Assembly: GCA_028282585.1 (NCBI GenBank)
Contig: JANQHR010000047.1
Location: 64,001 to 128,000 of the forward strand
Direction: 5' to 3'
DNA: 64,000 nt
Origin: Bacteroidales bacterium
Lineage (GTDB): Bacteria > Bacteroidota > Bacteroidia > Bacteroidales > UBA12077
Numbering within the stretch: the stretch's first letter is position 1; each line of letters begins with the position of its first letter. The notes under the pieces were generated by a model. The model saw only the letters and a list, made by a program, of their open reading frames with translations, made no database searches and was not told where the DNA came from. A program made the translations under genes and the position numbers. Of the stretch, positions 18,898 through 29,276 are shown piece after piece.

Positions 18898-21168
18898 TTA
18901 CTTAGTGATTTCTTCCTTTCTTTTTACCGAATCAACACCTTTTATTTTGCTTATGTTCATAATAAGGTTGTTTAGGTCAGTAACGTTATGGACATAAAGC
19001 TCAATTTCACCTTCGAAAATTCCATCGTGTGTTTCGATGAATATTTTACGAATATTAACCGAAAGTTCAGTTGAAATAATAGCCGTTATATCAGCAGCGA
19101 TACCTATTCGGTCAATACCATTTAAAGTTAGTTTAGCTAATGATGATAGATACTTTTGTGAGGTCCATTTTACAGGGACAATATAATTGCCTGCCATTGA
19201 CATTAATTCAATAGCATTTGGGCATTTTGATTTATGTATTACAACGTCGTCAATATCAGGATTTTTATACCCTATAACCTCATCCCCTGGGATCGGATTA
19301 CAGCATTTGGCAAACTCAATATTTATTTGCTCTTTTTCTGATGAATCTTTTATAATAAGAGGATCTTTATAGCTGAATTTTTGTTTTCGCTTAGGGGTTA
19401 AATTTTCTTTTTTGGATTTACTGGAAGTAGTTGATTTTGCTATTTGTAAGCCCCAATAACGTATGATCTTATTTTTGGTATTTTTCTTTAAAATCTTTTT
19501 TAGATTATCAAGTTTAATGATACCACTTCCTATTTTACTATAAAGCTCATCTTTCGTAACAACTTCAAATTCAGGTAATATCTTCTTTAATACACGACCG
19601 CTCGGTTGCACTTTTAATTCTCTAAGCTTGGTTTCAAGTATTGTCTTTCCCTTTTGAATGCGATCTTTTGTTTCTGCTTTAATAGCATCGGTTATACTTG
19701 ACTTTGCCTTAGCTGTTTTTACGTGTTTTAACCATTCCTTTTGGATTTTTTGTTTATTGGAAGTAATTATCTCAACCTGATCGCCACTGCGTAAAACATA
19801 ATTCAGAGGAACCAGTTTGTGATTTACTTTTGCACCTATGGCTTTATTTCCAATTTCGCTATGAATATCGTAAGCAAAATCTAAGGCAGTTGAATATTTT
19901 GGCAAAGTTTTTAGATCTCCTTTAGGCGTAAAAACCATTATTTCGGCTGCAAAAAGATTCATCTTAAACTCATCAAGAAATTCTAATGCATCAGAATTCG
20001 GATTCTCAAGCATTTCCCGGATCTTTTTTATCCACTTATCAAGTTCACTTTCGCCCGAACTTTCGCCTTTATATTTCCAGTGAGCAGCAAATCCGCGTTC
20101 TGCTATTTCGTCCATTCTTTTAGAACGAATTTGGATCTCAACCCATTTACCATTAGGTCCCATTACTGTTGTATGCAATGCTTCATAACCATTAGCTTTA
20201 GGGGAACTTATCCAGTCGCGAATTCGATCTGGTTTTGGAGTATATATGTCAGTTATTAATGAATAGATTTGCCAACATTGTGCTTTTTCCGTTTCTACAT
20301 TAAGAGGTTTAAAAACGATTCTTATTGCCATTAAATCATAAACTTCTTCAAACGGAATATTTTTAGTTTGCATTTTATTCCAGATAGAAAAAATAGATTT
20401 AGGACGACCGTTTATATCAAACTCAATATTGTTTCTTTCCAGTTTTTCGATAATTGGTAATGAGAAACGATTAATTTCCTGCTGACGCTTCTTTTCGTTA
20501 TCTTTTATTTTTAAGGCAATTTCATCAAAAACATTAGGGTGGCGGTATTTTAAGCTTAAATCTTCAAGTTCGGTTTTTATTGCATAAAGTCCTAATCGAT
20601 GGGCAAGGGGTGCGTAAAGATAAATGGTTTCGCCCGCAATTTTTAATTGCTTATTAGTTGGCATCGATTCCAACGTTCGCATATTATGCAATCTGTCTGC
20701 CAATTTAATAAGAATAACGCGAACATCATCAGAAAGTGTCAATAACATCTTCCTAAAGTTTTCAGCCTGTAATGAAGATCGTTTGTCAAAAACTCCGGAA
20801 ATTTTAGTTAGACCATCGATAATAGATGCAATCTTTTCACCAAAAAGATGTTCAATATCGTCCAACGTATATTCAGTATCTTCAACTACATCGTGAAGTA
20901 ATGCACATGCAATGGATACAGCACCTAAACCAATTTCTGAAGTTACAATTTTAGCTACTTCAACAGGATGAACAATATATGGTTCTCCAGATTTACGTTT
21001 AACACCCTTATGTGATTCTTTAGCTAAATCAAAAGCTTTACGAACAAGTTTTAAATCCTTTTTTTTGACATGCTGTGAGCAGCTCGCGACCAAATCCTCA
21101 TACAATTTTTCTGCATAAGCGTCTTCGTCGGTTATATCGGTCTTTATATCGGTAATTATGCCACTCAT
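18898..21168 (-). CDS. relA: Bifunctional (p)ppGpp synthetase/hydrolase (RSH)
   Basis: RKSGEPY..HP, HDVVED, NGYEALHT, EIQIR, TGS (DFAYDIH) and ACT domains. Confidence 0.95.
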   Translation of the reverse strand: MSGIITDIKTDITDEDAYAEKLYEDLVASCSQHVKKKDLKLVRKAFDLAKESHKGVKRKSGEPYIVHPVEVAKIVTSEIGLGAVSIACALLHDVVEDTEYTLDDIEHLFGEKIASIIDGLTKISGVFDKRSSLQAENFRKMLLTLSDDVRVILIKLADRLHNMRTLESMPTNKQLKIAGETIYLYAPLAHRLGLYAIKTELEDLSLKYRHPNVFDEIALKIKDNEKKRQQEINRFSLPIIEKLERNNIEFDINGRPKSIFSIWNKMQTKNIPFEEVYDLMAIRIVFKPLNVETEKAQCWQIYSLITDIYTPKPDRIRDWISSPKANGYEALHTTVMGPNGKWVEIQIRSKRMDEIAERGFAAHWKYKGESSGESELDKWIKKIREMLENPNSDALEFLDEFKMNLFAAEIMVFTPKGDLKTLPKYSTALDFAYDIHSEIGNKAIGAKVNHKLVPLNYVLRSGDQVEIITSNKQKIQKEWLKHVKTAKAKSSITDAIKAETKDRIQKGKTILETKLRELKVQPSGRVLKKILPEFEVVTKDELYSKIGSGIIKLDNLKKILKKNTKNKIIRYWGLQIAKSTTSSKSKKENLTPKRKQKFSYKDPLIIKDSSEKEQINIEFAKCCNPIPGDEVIGYKNPDIDDVVIHKSKCPNAIELMSMAGNYIVPVKWTSQKYLSSLAKLTLNGIDRIGIAADITAIISTELSVNIRKIFIETHDGIFEGEIELYVHNVTDLNNLIMNISKIKGVDSVKRKEEITK

Positions 21169-21236
21169 AGCTATACTTTAAAGTGTACTGCAAAGTTAGT
21201 GAAAATTTGATGAATTACGTTCCAGGAGCGATACTA

Positions 21237-22709
21237 TTATGGATAGATAACCACAACATTTCCCCTTTGTTCAACGGTTTGCCCGTTTTCTGTCGTTAAT
21301 TTTACATAATATATATACGCACCTGTCGGAGCAGAGTTACCGTTGGCTTCAGTTCCATTCCAGGGTTTGGAATAATCGGAAGTCTCGAATAACGTATTTC
21401 CCCATCGATTAAAAATCTTTAATACGTAAGAACTAGGAATAAAACTAAACATGGGTTTGAACTCATCATTTGTTCCGTCTCCGTTTGGTGTGAAAACTTC
21501 AGGGATGTAAACTTTTGGTTTCAAATACACACACGCAATATTAGATTGGCTATAATCATCAGAAGGAGTTCCTGGTTCCAGAGCTAGTACATAATAACAA
21601 AACTGTGTGTAGTTTTGATAATCTTCTATATTATCATCAAAATTATTAGAATTATTATCACTAATTAATTCAGGATCAAGATTATTAATAACTCTGTAGA
21701 TTTTATAATCAATGAATGAACCCTCCTTAAATTCATTCCAATTAAGTGAGTTATCAAACAACCTATTATCTATTTCAAGTAAAATATTATTGATAACATC
21801 AGAATTTGTAGTTTCAATACCGCATTCATTTAAAGAGATCAGTTTATAATAATAAATGGAGTTATTTGGGTCTACGTTGGCATCTAAAGCAGTAATTGTT
21901 GATGATGTAGTGGTGATTGTTTCCAGTGTATCGTAATTCCCTGCAGGTGAATCTGACCGTAACAGTCTATACGTGTCCAATTCAGATGCTGGGTCTATTT
22001 CAAATTTCAGATTAATTTCTGATCCATTAGTTGAGGCAACTGTAGCATTTATGTATGAAGGACTTAACAACATTTCTGTATAAATATCATTGGAATTTGA
22101 CGATGATCTGGACGAAAAAGCATGTTGTGGAATCAAGTTTATAAAAAAACTATAATTGGTATTTGGATTAACATTTTCAGCAGTATACGTTTTAACATCC
22201 GAACTGAATTGACCTAATAGTTGTGGAGCGCCACCTTCTTCAATTTGATAGACTTCATAACTGTTTACTGTTATATCACCTTCATCATAAATATTATTTA
22301 CATATATGGTCCAGTTTAAATTTATTTGCGAATTACAAGAATCGAATACTGAAGTAAGATATGTGGTTGGAAACCTTTCCGAATCATAACCATCTGATTC
22401 GGCTCTTAATTTATAAATCCTGACCATTGTATCAGCATTAGCGGTAAAATCAATATAGTTTGTAATTGAAGTGTCTGTCATAGTTGCAATAAGCTCCCAT
22501 TCAGGAGATTGACTAGTAGGTGGTATTTTGTTTCTATAAATGAATACATCAGAAGAATCTTGTAATTCCCAATTTAAATAAACATTACCTGTACCGCTTA
22601 ATACACTAACCTCTTGTAAAATTGGAGGATCAAGATTTAGCTGAGCATTAAGTTGACCAAAGTAACAAGCAGATGTTAGAAATATTATAACCCTTAATAA
22701 TTTTTGCAT
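21237..22709 (-). CDS. T9SS type-B CTD (gliding-motility-associated C-terminal domain) protein with FN3-like repeats
   Basis: IPEVFTPNGDGTNDEF...IFNRWG...WNG...G.Y.Y; likely start MQKLLRV at 22709 with a signal peptide. Confidence 0.85.
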   Translation of the reverse strand: MQKLLRVIIFLTSACYFGQLNAQLNLDPPILQEVSVLSGTGNVYLNWELQDSSDVFIYRNKIPPTSQSPEWELIATMTDTSITNYIDFTANADTMVRIYKLRAESDGYDSERFPTTYLTSVFDSCNSQINLNWTIYVNNIYDEGDITVNSYEVYQIEEGGAPQLLGQFSSDVKTYTAENVNPNTNYSFFINLIPQHAFSSRSSSNSNDIYTEMLLSPSYINATVASTNGSEINLKFEIDPASELDTYRLLRSDSPAGNYDTLETITTTSSTITALDANVDPNNSIYYYKLISLNECGIETTNSDVINNILLEIDNRLFDNSLNWNEFKEGSFIDYKIYRVINNLDPELISDNNSNNFDDNIEDYQNYTQFCYYVLALEPGTPSDDYSQSNIACVYLKPKVYIPEVFTPNGDGTNDEFKPMFSFIPSSYVLKIFNRWGNTLFETSDYSKPWNGTEANGNSAPTGAYIYYVKLTTENGQTVEQRGNVVVIYP

Positions 22710-22783
22710 AAAAAAACAGATATATTCTAATAACGAAAATACAAAGATTAATCCCAAATTTGATATTTAAACTACAAATTTGC

Positions 22784-22886
22784 TCTTCAGGGTGACGAAA
22801 CTTTCTCTGGAAACTCTCGTCAGGATCAACCCCAACAATGAAAGTAAACTATTTTTTATTTTCATTCGCTGGAATGTTGCTAAAGA
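22784..22886 (-). ncRNA. Candidate structured RNA (three-way junction), family unknown
   Basis: Three helices, each with a G-U pair available only on the - strand. Confidence 0.4.
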
Positions 22887-22904
22887 CTAAACGATATTTT
22901 TTGG

Positions 22905-24191
22905 TTAATCGTATTTCCCCACAATAGTTCTCGCCAGTGTATCTTCGTGTAAATAGGTATTAGCAATAGCTATAATTTCATCTGGTGTGATTGATTTTAT
23001 TGTTTCAATTTGTTTCTTGTAATAGTTTAAGTCCAGCTCAAGCTCAATAACCGGTTTAAAAGATGATGCAATCTCAAATGCTCCATCAATTGAACGTAAT
23101 AAATCTCCCAGCATATAATTTTTGACTAGTTGTAGTTCTTCATCAGAAACAGCATCTTCCCGAAGTTTTTTAACTTCAGCTAAAATATCTTCTATAGCTA
23201 CTTTGGTAACATTAGCACCTACCTCAGAAAGAATTACAAAATAACCTGTGTTCTTAAATGATACTAACACAGAGTTAATTCCGTAAGTGTAACCTTTGTG
23301 CTCGCGAATTTTTTTCATTAAGCGAGACCCAAAATAACCACCAAGTATAGTATTCACCACATTTAACCTATGATAATCAGAATGGTCATTGTTTATAATT
23401 ATTTTTCCAAGTCTTATAGCAGATTGTGTTACATCCTTTTTCTCAACAATAAATTCCTTTTTTAAAAGTTTTGGAAAATCAAAACGTGGATTTTTAATTT
23501 CGGTTTGATCATTCCATTGATCTTTCCCGAAACGTTGATTTATAAGCTGTATATCTTTATCGTCAACCTTTCCTGATATGATAATTTTACAATTATTAGA
23601 ATTATAAAACTTTTTATGGAAATCTAATAAATCCTTTTTTGAGATATTATCATAATCTTTAATTTGAACTTTGGCTCCATAAGGATGGTTTTTACCAAAT
23701 AGTTGTTCGTTAAACTCGCGACGAGCCAAATTAGTAATTTTCTCAAGTTCAATTAGAAACTTTTGTTTGTGTTTGGCTAAATAGGTATCTAGTTCATTTT
23801 CTGGAAATGTTGGATATTTAATTATTTCTTCAAGGATGTTTATTGTTTCCGGCAAATATTTTTTTAAGGTATACAAAGCAATATTAGCAAAATCTTTGGT
23901 CGGTTGCGGATGAATAAAAGCACCGTAAAAATCCAGCTTTTCTGCTATTTCCTGAGAAGATAAGTTTTGTGTACCTTCAAGCAACATTTCGTTAGTTGTT
24001 CTTGAAATTGTAGGTTTAGTCTGATACCAGTTACCGGCATTAAATTGTATGTCAATTTTAATAATATCTTGAGTGCCTGCATTTATTACATAAGTTGGGA
24101 TTCCGTTGTCAAGGTTTAAAATAGCTGGAACAGGAATGTTTATGTTATTAATGGTTCTATATTCCGGGTGTACTTTTCTGTTTAAATTCAT
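22905..24191 (-). CDS. M16B peptidase-like subunit, non-catalytic
   Basis: LDNGI and GGYFGSRLM..IRE.KGYTYG motifs; no HXXEH. Confidence 0.88.
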   Translation of the reverse strand: MNLNRKVHPEYRTINNINIPVPAILNLDNGIPTYVINAGTQDIIKIDIQFNAGNWYQTKPTISRTTNEMLLEGTQNLSSQEIAEKLDFYGAFIHPQPTKDFANIALYTLKKYLPETINILEEIIKYPTFPENELDTYLAKHKQKFLIELEKITNLARREFNEQLFGKNHPYGAKVQIKDYDNISKKDLLDFHKKFYNSNNCKIIISGKVDDKDIQLINQRFGKDQWNDQTEIKNPRFDFPKLLKKEFIVEKKDVTQSAIRLGKIIINNDHSDYHRLNVVNTILGGYFGSRLMKKIREHKGYTYGINSVLVSFKNTGYFVILSEVGANVTKVAIEDILAEVKKLREDAVSDEELQLVKNYMLGDLLRSIDGAFEIASSFKPVIELELDLNYYKKQIETIKSITPDEIIAIANTYLHEDTLARTIVGKYD

Positions 24192-24194
24192 TTT

Positions 24195-25433
24195 TTAATT
24201 TTTAGGAAGATAATAAAGAGTAGAAGAGTTCTCGGTTTTAAATAATTTGGACGCTACTTTTACGATTTCTCCTCGTTGCACACTTCTGTATTTATCAATT
24301 TCCTGGTTAATTAGCTCAGCATCTTCTAATAATTCAAAATATGATAGACTCATTGCTTTATTAAGTGCACTTAATTGACTAAACTGATATACAGATTCGA
24401 ATTTATTTTTCACTTTTTCCATCTCATAATCCGTGAAATTTCCATCAATAATCTGATTCAGTTCGGATTTAATAGCCTCTTCAGCTTCTTCAAATCCTAC
24501 TTTTTCCATTAATTTGCCGGTAATAATAAATAATCCAGGATCTATATCACCAGTAATATAGGCATTTATTTCACTGAATAATCTTTTATTTTTAACCAGA
24601 TTTTGGTATAATCTGGAAGATTTCCCATTGGCTAAAAGGTCAGATATTAAGTCAGTTATATAGTATTCTTTTTTATATTTAGAACTCATGTGAAAAGCTT
24701 TGTAAACTGCTTTAAAAGGAACATTTCTTTCAACTGTTAAAGTTCTTGCTTCTTTTTGTAGTGATTCTTTTTGAAGATTTCTTGATTCAATGTTTCTTTC
24801 AGGAATATCTGAAAACCATTTTTCTGCAAGTAAGCGAACTTCTGATTTTGTAACATTTCCAGCTACACAAACAATTGCATTGTTAGGTGCATAATGATGG
24901 TTAAAAAAGTCCTTTACATTAGTTAAATCGGCATTTTTAATATGAGTAATATCTTTACCAATAGTTGGCCATTGATAAGGATGTAATTTATATGCTAAAG
25001 GTCTGAGTAATAAAAATGCATCTCCGTAAGGTTGATTCAAATATCTTTGATTAAATTCTTCAATTACTACATTTTTTTGAATTTCTAATTTTCTATCTGA
25101 GAAATCCAAACCTAACATTCTATCAGATTCCAGCCAGAAGGCGGTTTCCATATTTTCTTTTGGAACTGTAATGTAATAATTGGTGATATCGTTGGATGTA
25201 AATGCGTTATTCTCTCCACCAACTTGTTGAAGTGGGTTATCGTATGATGGAATGTTCTTACTTCCTTCAAACATAAGATGCTCAAACAAATGTGCAAAAC
25301 CAGTACGGTTAGGATTTTCATCGCGTGAACCAACATTATACAAAACATTAAATGCGACAATGGTTGTAGATGGATCATTATGAACTATAAATCTTAAACC
25401 ATTATCCAACGTAAATTTTTCAAATTTTATCAT
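24195..25433 (-). CDS. M16B zinc peptidase, catalytic subunit
   Basis: GFAHLFEHLMF, NAFT and LESDRM motifs. Confidence 0.92.
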   Translation of the reverse strand: MIKFEKFTLDNGLRFIVHNDPSTTIVAFNVLYNVGSRDENPNRTGFAHLFEHLMFEGSKNIPSYDNPLQQVGGENNAFTSNDITNYYITVPKENMETAFWLESDRMLGLDFSDRKLEIQKNVVIEEFNQRYLNQPYGDAFLLLRPLAYKLHPYQWPTIGKDITHIKNADLTNVKDFFNHHYAPNNAIVCVAGNVTKSEVRLLAEKWFSDIPERNIESRNLQKESLQKEARTLTVERNVPFKAVYKAFHMSSKYKKEYYITDLISDLLANGKSSRLYQNLVKNKRLFSEINAYITGDIDPGLFIITGKLMEKVGFEEAEEAIKSELNQIIDGNFTDYEMEKVKNKFESVYQFSQLSALNKAMSLSYFELLEDAELINQEIDKYRSVQRGEIVKVASKLFKTENSSTLYYLPKN

Positions 25434-25572
25434 ACTTTCAAATTGAATCAGAATACAAACATATATAATTAACAGATAGGATATAAGTTGTTCAGATAAA
25501 TGTTGATTAATTTAAAGGATTTTGTAAAAAAATGTTTTTTTTTACAGACTTGTAAAATAAACCGAAAAATTT

Positions 25573-27351
25573 ATGGTAGTTATTTCATCATTGATAAAAC
25601 GTTTCTTGATTTGGCGGGTTAAAAAGATCGATGATAGAAAGTTTATGATATTTTTAAGTATTTTAGTTGGTATAGTTGTTGGATTAGCTGCCGTAATAAT
25701 TAAAAATTCAGTTCATTTAATACAAAATCTGCTAACCAATGATTTTGCTCTTCAGTATCATAATTATATGTATTTTGCGTACCCGGCGATTGGAATTTTT
25801 CTGGTATACATTTTTACAAAGTTTATAATAAAAAGATCTGTCGGACATGGTATTCCTACGACGCTTTATGCGATTTCTAAAAATAATGGAAAAATTAGGC
25901 AACATAATATGTTTTCCTCTATTGTTACAAGTGCATTGACCGTAGGATTTGGCGGTTCTGTTGGATTAGAGGGACCGACCGTTGCGACAGGAGCTGCATG
26001 GGGGTCAAATATTGGAAGGTTTTTTCATTTGAATTACCGGCAGGTGCTATTATTGTTAGCTTGCGCCGGAGCAGGAGCAATGTCGGCAATTTTTAAAGCT
26101 CCAATTGCAGCCATTGTTTTTGTTCTGGAGGTTATAATGTTAGATTTAACCCTAGCTTCCTTATTACCACTGTTATTTGCTTCAGTATCTGCAGCTATTA
26201 CTTCTTATTTGTTTTTGGGAATGGATGTGTTATACCCCATACAGGTTGTTGAAAAGTTTAATATTAATGAAATTCCATATTACATTTTACTAGGGATTTT
26301 AGCTGGCTTAGTATCTGTTTACTTTACCAGAGTTTACAGATTTTTACAGAACTGGTTTGATAAACAAAAGAATAGTTTTTACAGATGGGCAGTGGGTGTT
26401 TCAGCACTTGGAATATTGATTTTCTTCTTTCCTTCTTTATATGGTGAGGGCTATGAAGCAATTAACGGTTGTTTAAACGGAACAAATGAACACTTATTTA
26501 ACAATAGTATATTTTATAACTTACAAGATAACATGATCTGGGTATTTGTTATTTTTATTCTGGTTATTTTATTTAAAGTTTTTGCTACAGCTTTTACTTT
26601 TGGTGCAGGAGGCGTAGGCGGAATTTTTGCACCAACTTTATTTATTGGTGCAAATACAGGACTATTATTTGCTCAGGCAATTCAATATTTTGGATTAAAA
26701 AACTTATCATATAGCAATTTTGCTTTGGTTGGAATGGTTGGGTTAATTGCAGGCGTTCTACATGCACCTTTAACCGCAATATTTTTAATAGCCGAAATTA
26801 CAGGAGGTTATGGCTTGATCATGCCATTAATGATAGGTGCAAGTGTTTCGTTTGCGACAACAAGAATCTTTGAAAGATATTCGGTTTATACATATCAATT
26901 AGCAAGAAGAGGTGAATTATTTACCCATGATAAAGACAAAGTTGTATTATCTATCTTAAAAGTTAGTAAATTAATCGAAACTAATTTTCTAACCATTCAT
27001 GAGGATGCAACACTAGGAGATTTAGTGAAAGTAATTGCTAAATCAAAAAGAAATATTGTGCCGGTTATTGATAAAGATAACACATTATTGGGAATTGTTT
27101 TCATTAACGATATCCGTGAAATAATGTTCGAAAGAGAAAAATACGATTCTGTTTATGTTCATGAATTAATGTATATGCCATCACCCATTGTTACTCCTGA
27201 TGAATCTATGGAAGATGTTGCAAAGAAATTTAAAATCTCGAATCATTATAATTTACCAGTGGTAGATAATGGCAAGTACGTTGGCTTTGTAAGCCGTGCA
27301 AATGTATTCTCAGCATATAGAAATTTACTGAAAAAGTTTTCGGAAGATTAA
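25573..27351 (+). CDS. ClC chloride channel/transporter with CBS pair, paralog 1
   Basis: GHGIP, GLEGP, GIFAP and SVYT motifs; two C-terminal CBS domains. Confidence 0.92.
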   Translation: MVVISSLIKRFLIWRVKKIDDRKFMIFLSILVGIVVGLAAVIIKNSVHLIQNLLTNDFALQYHNYMYFAYPAIGIFLVYIFTKFIIKRSVGHGIPTTLYAISKNNGKIRQHNMFSSIVTSALTVGFGGSVGLEGPTVATGAAWGSNIGRFFHLNYRQVLLLLACAGAGAMSAIFKAPIAAIVFVLEVIMLDLTLASLLPLLFASVSAAITSYLFLGMDVLYPIQVVEKFNINEIPYYILLGILAGLVSVYFTRVYRFLQNWFDKQKNSFYRWAVGVSALGILIFFFPSLYGEGYEAINGCLNGTNEHLFNNSIFYNLQDNMIWVFVIFILVILFKVFATAFTFGAGGVGGIFAPTLFIGANTGLLFAQAIQYFGLKNLSYSNFALVGMVGLIAGVLHAPLTAIFLIAEITGGYGLIMPLMIGASVSFATTRIFERYSVYTYQLARRGELFTHDKDKVVLSILKVSKLIETNFLTIHEDATLGDLVKVIAKSKRNIVPVIDKDNTLLGIVFINDIREIMFEREKYDSVYVHELMYMPSPIVTPDESMEDVAKKFKISNHYNLPVVDNGKYVGFVSRANVFSAYRNLLKKFSED

Positions 27352-27417
27352 AAATTTCTATTAAAAGCTAATATAAAAATATCAATTGATTAATTTTGCG
27401 TTTTAATTTCAACTTGA

Positions 27418-29208
27418 ATGTTTTCTTACATTAATTTTAAACAACAAAGGTTTTCCAGAAGAATTCTTATCTGGAGAAATAAGAAGATCAGTGAACGTAA
27501 TTTTGTACTTATCTTAAGTTTTTTTATAGGAATATTAAGTGGATTAGCTGCCGTATTTTTGAAATCAGCCGTTCACTATACACACAATCGCTTAACAGAA
27601 GGATTTGAAGAAGGATTTAATTATACTTTATTGATATTTCCTGTAATTGGTATTTTTCTAACCGTATTGTTTGTAAAATATGTGGTAAAGGATAAAATAG
27701 GACATGGTGTTTCACGCATCTTATATGCACTTTCTAAAAATAACGGACGATTAAGAGGTCATAATAGTTATTCATCAATAGTTGCAAGTACATTAACAAT
27801 TGGTTTTGGAGGATCTGTTGGAGCTGAGGCGCCGATTGTATTAACAGGAGCATCAATTGGATCTACTTTAGGACATTACTTTAGGTTAAATTTTAAATCT
27901 ATTGCGCTACTTTTAGCTTGTGGTGCAGCCGGAGCTATTGGAGGCATATTTAAAGCTCCGATAGCGGGAATGATATTTACCTTAGAAGTATTAATGCTAG
28001 ATCTGACTTTAAAATCTATTGTTCCACTTTTGATTTCCTCGGTTACAGGTGCTACAATCGCTTATTTTTTAATGGGCGAGGGAGTTGTATTGTCTGTTAT
28101 CAATACACAACCATTCGAATTACACAATATTCCTTTCTATATATTGCTTGGGTTATTGTGTGGCTTAGTATCATTTTATTTTACAAAAAGTACTATTTCA
28201 ATAGAATCATCATTAAGCAAAATAAAAAATACGTTTGTAAAGATTCTTATAGGTGGTGTTGTATTAGCTGGATTGATTTTTATATTTCCTTCTTTATATG
28301 GAGAAGGAAACCAAACTTTGCAATCATTGCTTAATGGTAATACAGATGGTATTCCAAAAGATAAGATTTTCTCGTTTGTATTACAGAATAATTGGTATGT
28401 GCTTATATATTTGGGACTACTTTTGTTATTTAAAGTAGTAGCAATGTCTTTTACTAACGGAACCGGGGGAGTTGGAGGGATTTTTGGTCCGACCTTGTTT
28501 GTTGGAGGTGTAACCGGTTATTGGCTTTCGTATTTTATAAATTCACTTGGTTTTGTAAAGTTACCAGAGGGTAATTTTGCTTTGGTTGGAATGGCGGGAT
28601 TAATGGCTGGTGTTATGCATGCACCTTTAACGGCGATATTCCTAATAGCAGAAATTACCGGAGGTTATAGCTTGTTTATTCCTTTAATGATTACTTCAAC
28701 TATAGCATATATTACTATACTTTGGTTTACCAGGCATTCTATTTATACACATAGATTAGCAGAAAGAGGAGAACTTTTAACTCATCATAAGGATGAAGTT
28801 GTGCTTACCTTAATGAAACTGGAAAGTATTATCGAAAAAGATTTTGTACCAGTTGGTATTGAAGATTCTTTAGGCACACTGATAAAGGCCGTTTCAAAAT
28901 CTAAGAGAAATATTTTTCCAGTCCTCAATAATGAGGAGGAGCTGGTTGGAATTGTACTTTTGGATAATATTAGGGAAGTCATGTTTGAGCGTGAAAAGTA
29001 TGATGAAACATTTGTGTCTGATGTGATGATCTCACCACCCGAAATTGTTAATGCAGAAGATAATATGGATAAGGTGATGAAGAAATTTACTTCATCAGGT
29101 GCATGGAATCTTCCTGTTTTAAAAGAAGGAAAATATTTTGGTTTCGTGTCAAAATCAAAAATATTTAATTCATATCGCGATGTTTTAGTTCAGGTTTCTG
29201 AATATTAA
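27418..29208 (+). CDS. ClC-CBS protein, paralog 2
   Basis: GHGVS, GAEAP, GIFGP and SIYT motifs; CBS pair. Confidence 0.92.
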   Translation: MFSYINFKQQRFSRRILIWRNKKISERNFVLILSFFIGILSGLAAVFLKSAVHYTHNRLTEGFEEGFNYTLLIFPVIGIFLTVLFVKYVVKDKIGHGVSRILYALSKNNGRLRGHNSYSSIVASTLTIGFGGSVGAEAPIVLTGASIGSTLGHYFRLNFKSIALLLACGAAGAIGGIFKAPIAGMIFTLEVLMLDLTLKSIVPLLISSVTGATIAYFLMGEGVVLSVINTQPFELHNIPFYILLGLLCGLVSFYFTKSTISIESSLSKIKNTFVKILIGGVVLAGLIFIFPSLYGEGNQTLQSLLNGNTDGIPKDKIFSFVLQNNWYVLIYLGLLLLFKVVAMSFTNGTGGVGGIFGPTLFVGGVTGYWLSYFINSLGFVKLPEGNFALVGMAGLMAGVMHAPLTAIFLIAEITGGYSLFIPLMITSTIAYITILWFTRHSIYTHRLAERGELLTHHKDEVVLTLMKLESIIEKDFVPVGIEDSLGTLIKAVSKSKRNIFPVLNNEEELVGIVLLDNIREVMFEREKYDETFVSDVMISPPEIVNAEDNMDKVMKKFTSSGAWNLPVLKEGKYFGFVSKSKIFNSYRDVLVQVSEY

Positions 29209-29276
29209 CAATCTTTTCCTTTAATGTAAAAAAACGTTAAATTTATAGTGTTAAGTATAACCTTAGCCAGGATTTA

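Noticed and set aside
22784-22830. Hammerhead ribozyme (CTGACGAG, CTGAAGAG and GAAA on the - strand)
   Set aside because: No stem II closing directly onto GAAA and no valid stem III/NUH geometry; the core-like words are sequestered in other helices
22767-22865. 32-aa ORF MKIKNSLLSLLGLILTRVSRESFVTLKSKFVV on -
   Set aside because: It overlaps the structured element and has no independent support, although a leader peptide cannot be excluded
25434-25572. Fluoride riboswitch or CLC-F assignment for the ClC cluster
   Set aside because: No GGCGATGG...CTGATG consensus upstream, and the proteins lack the GNNLI/GREGT signatures
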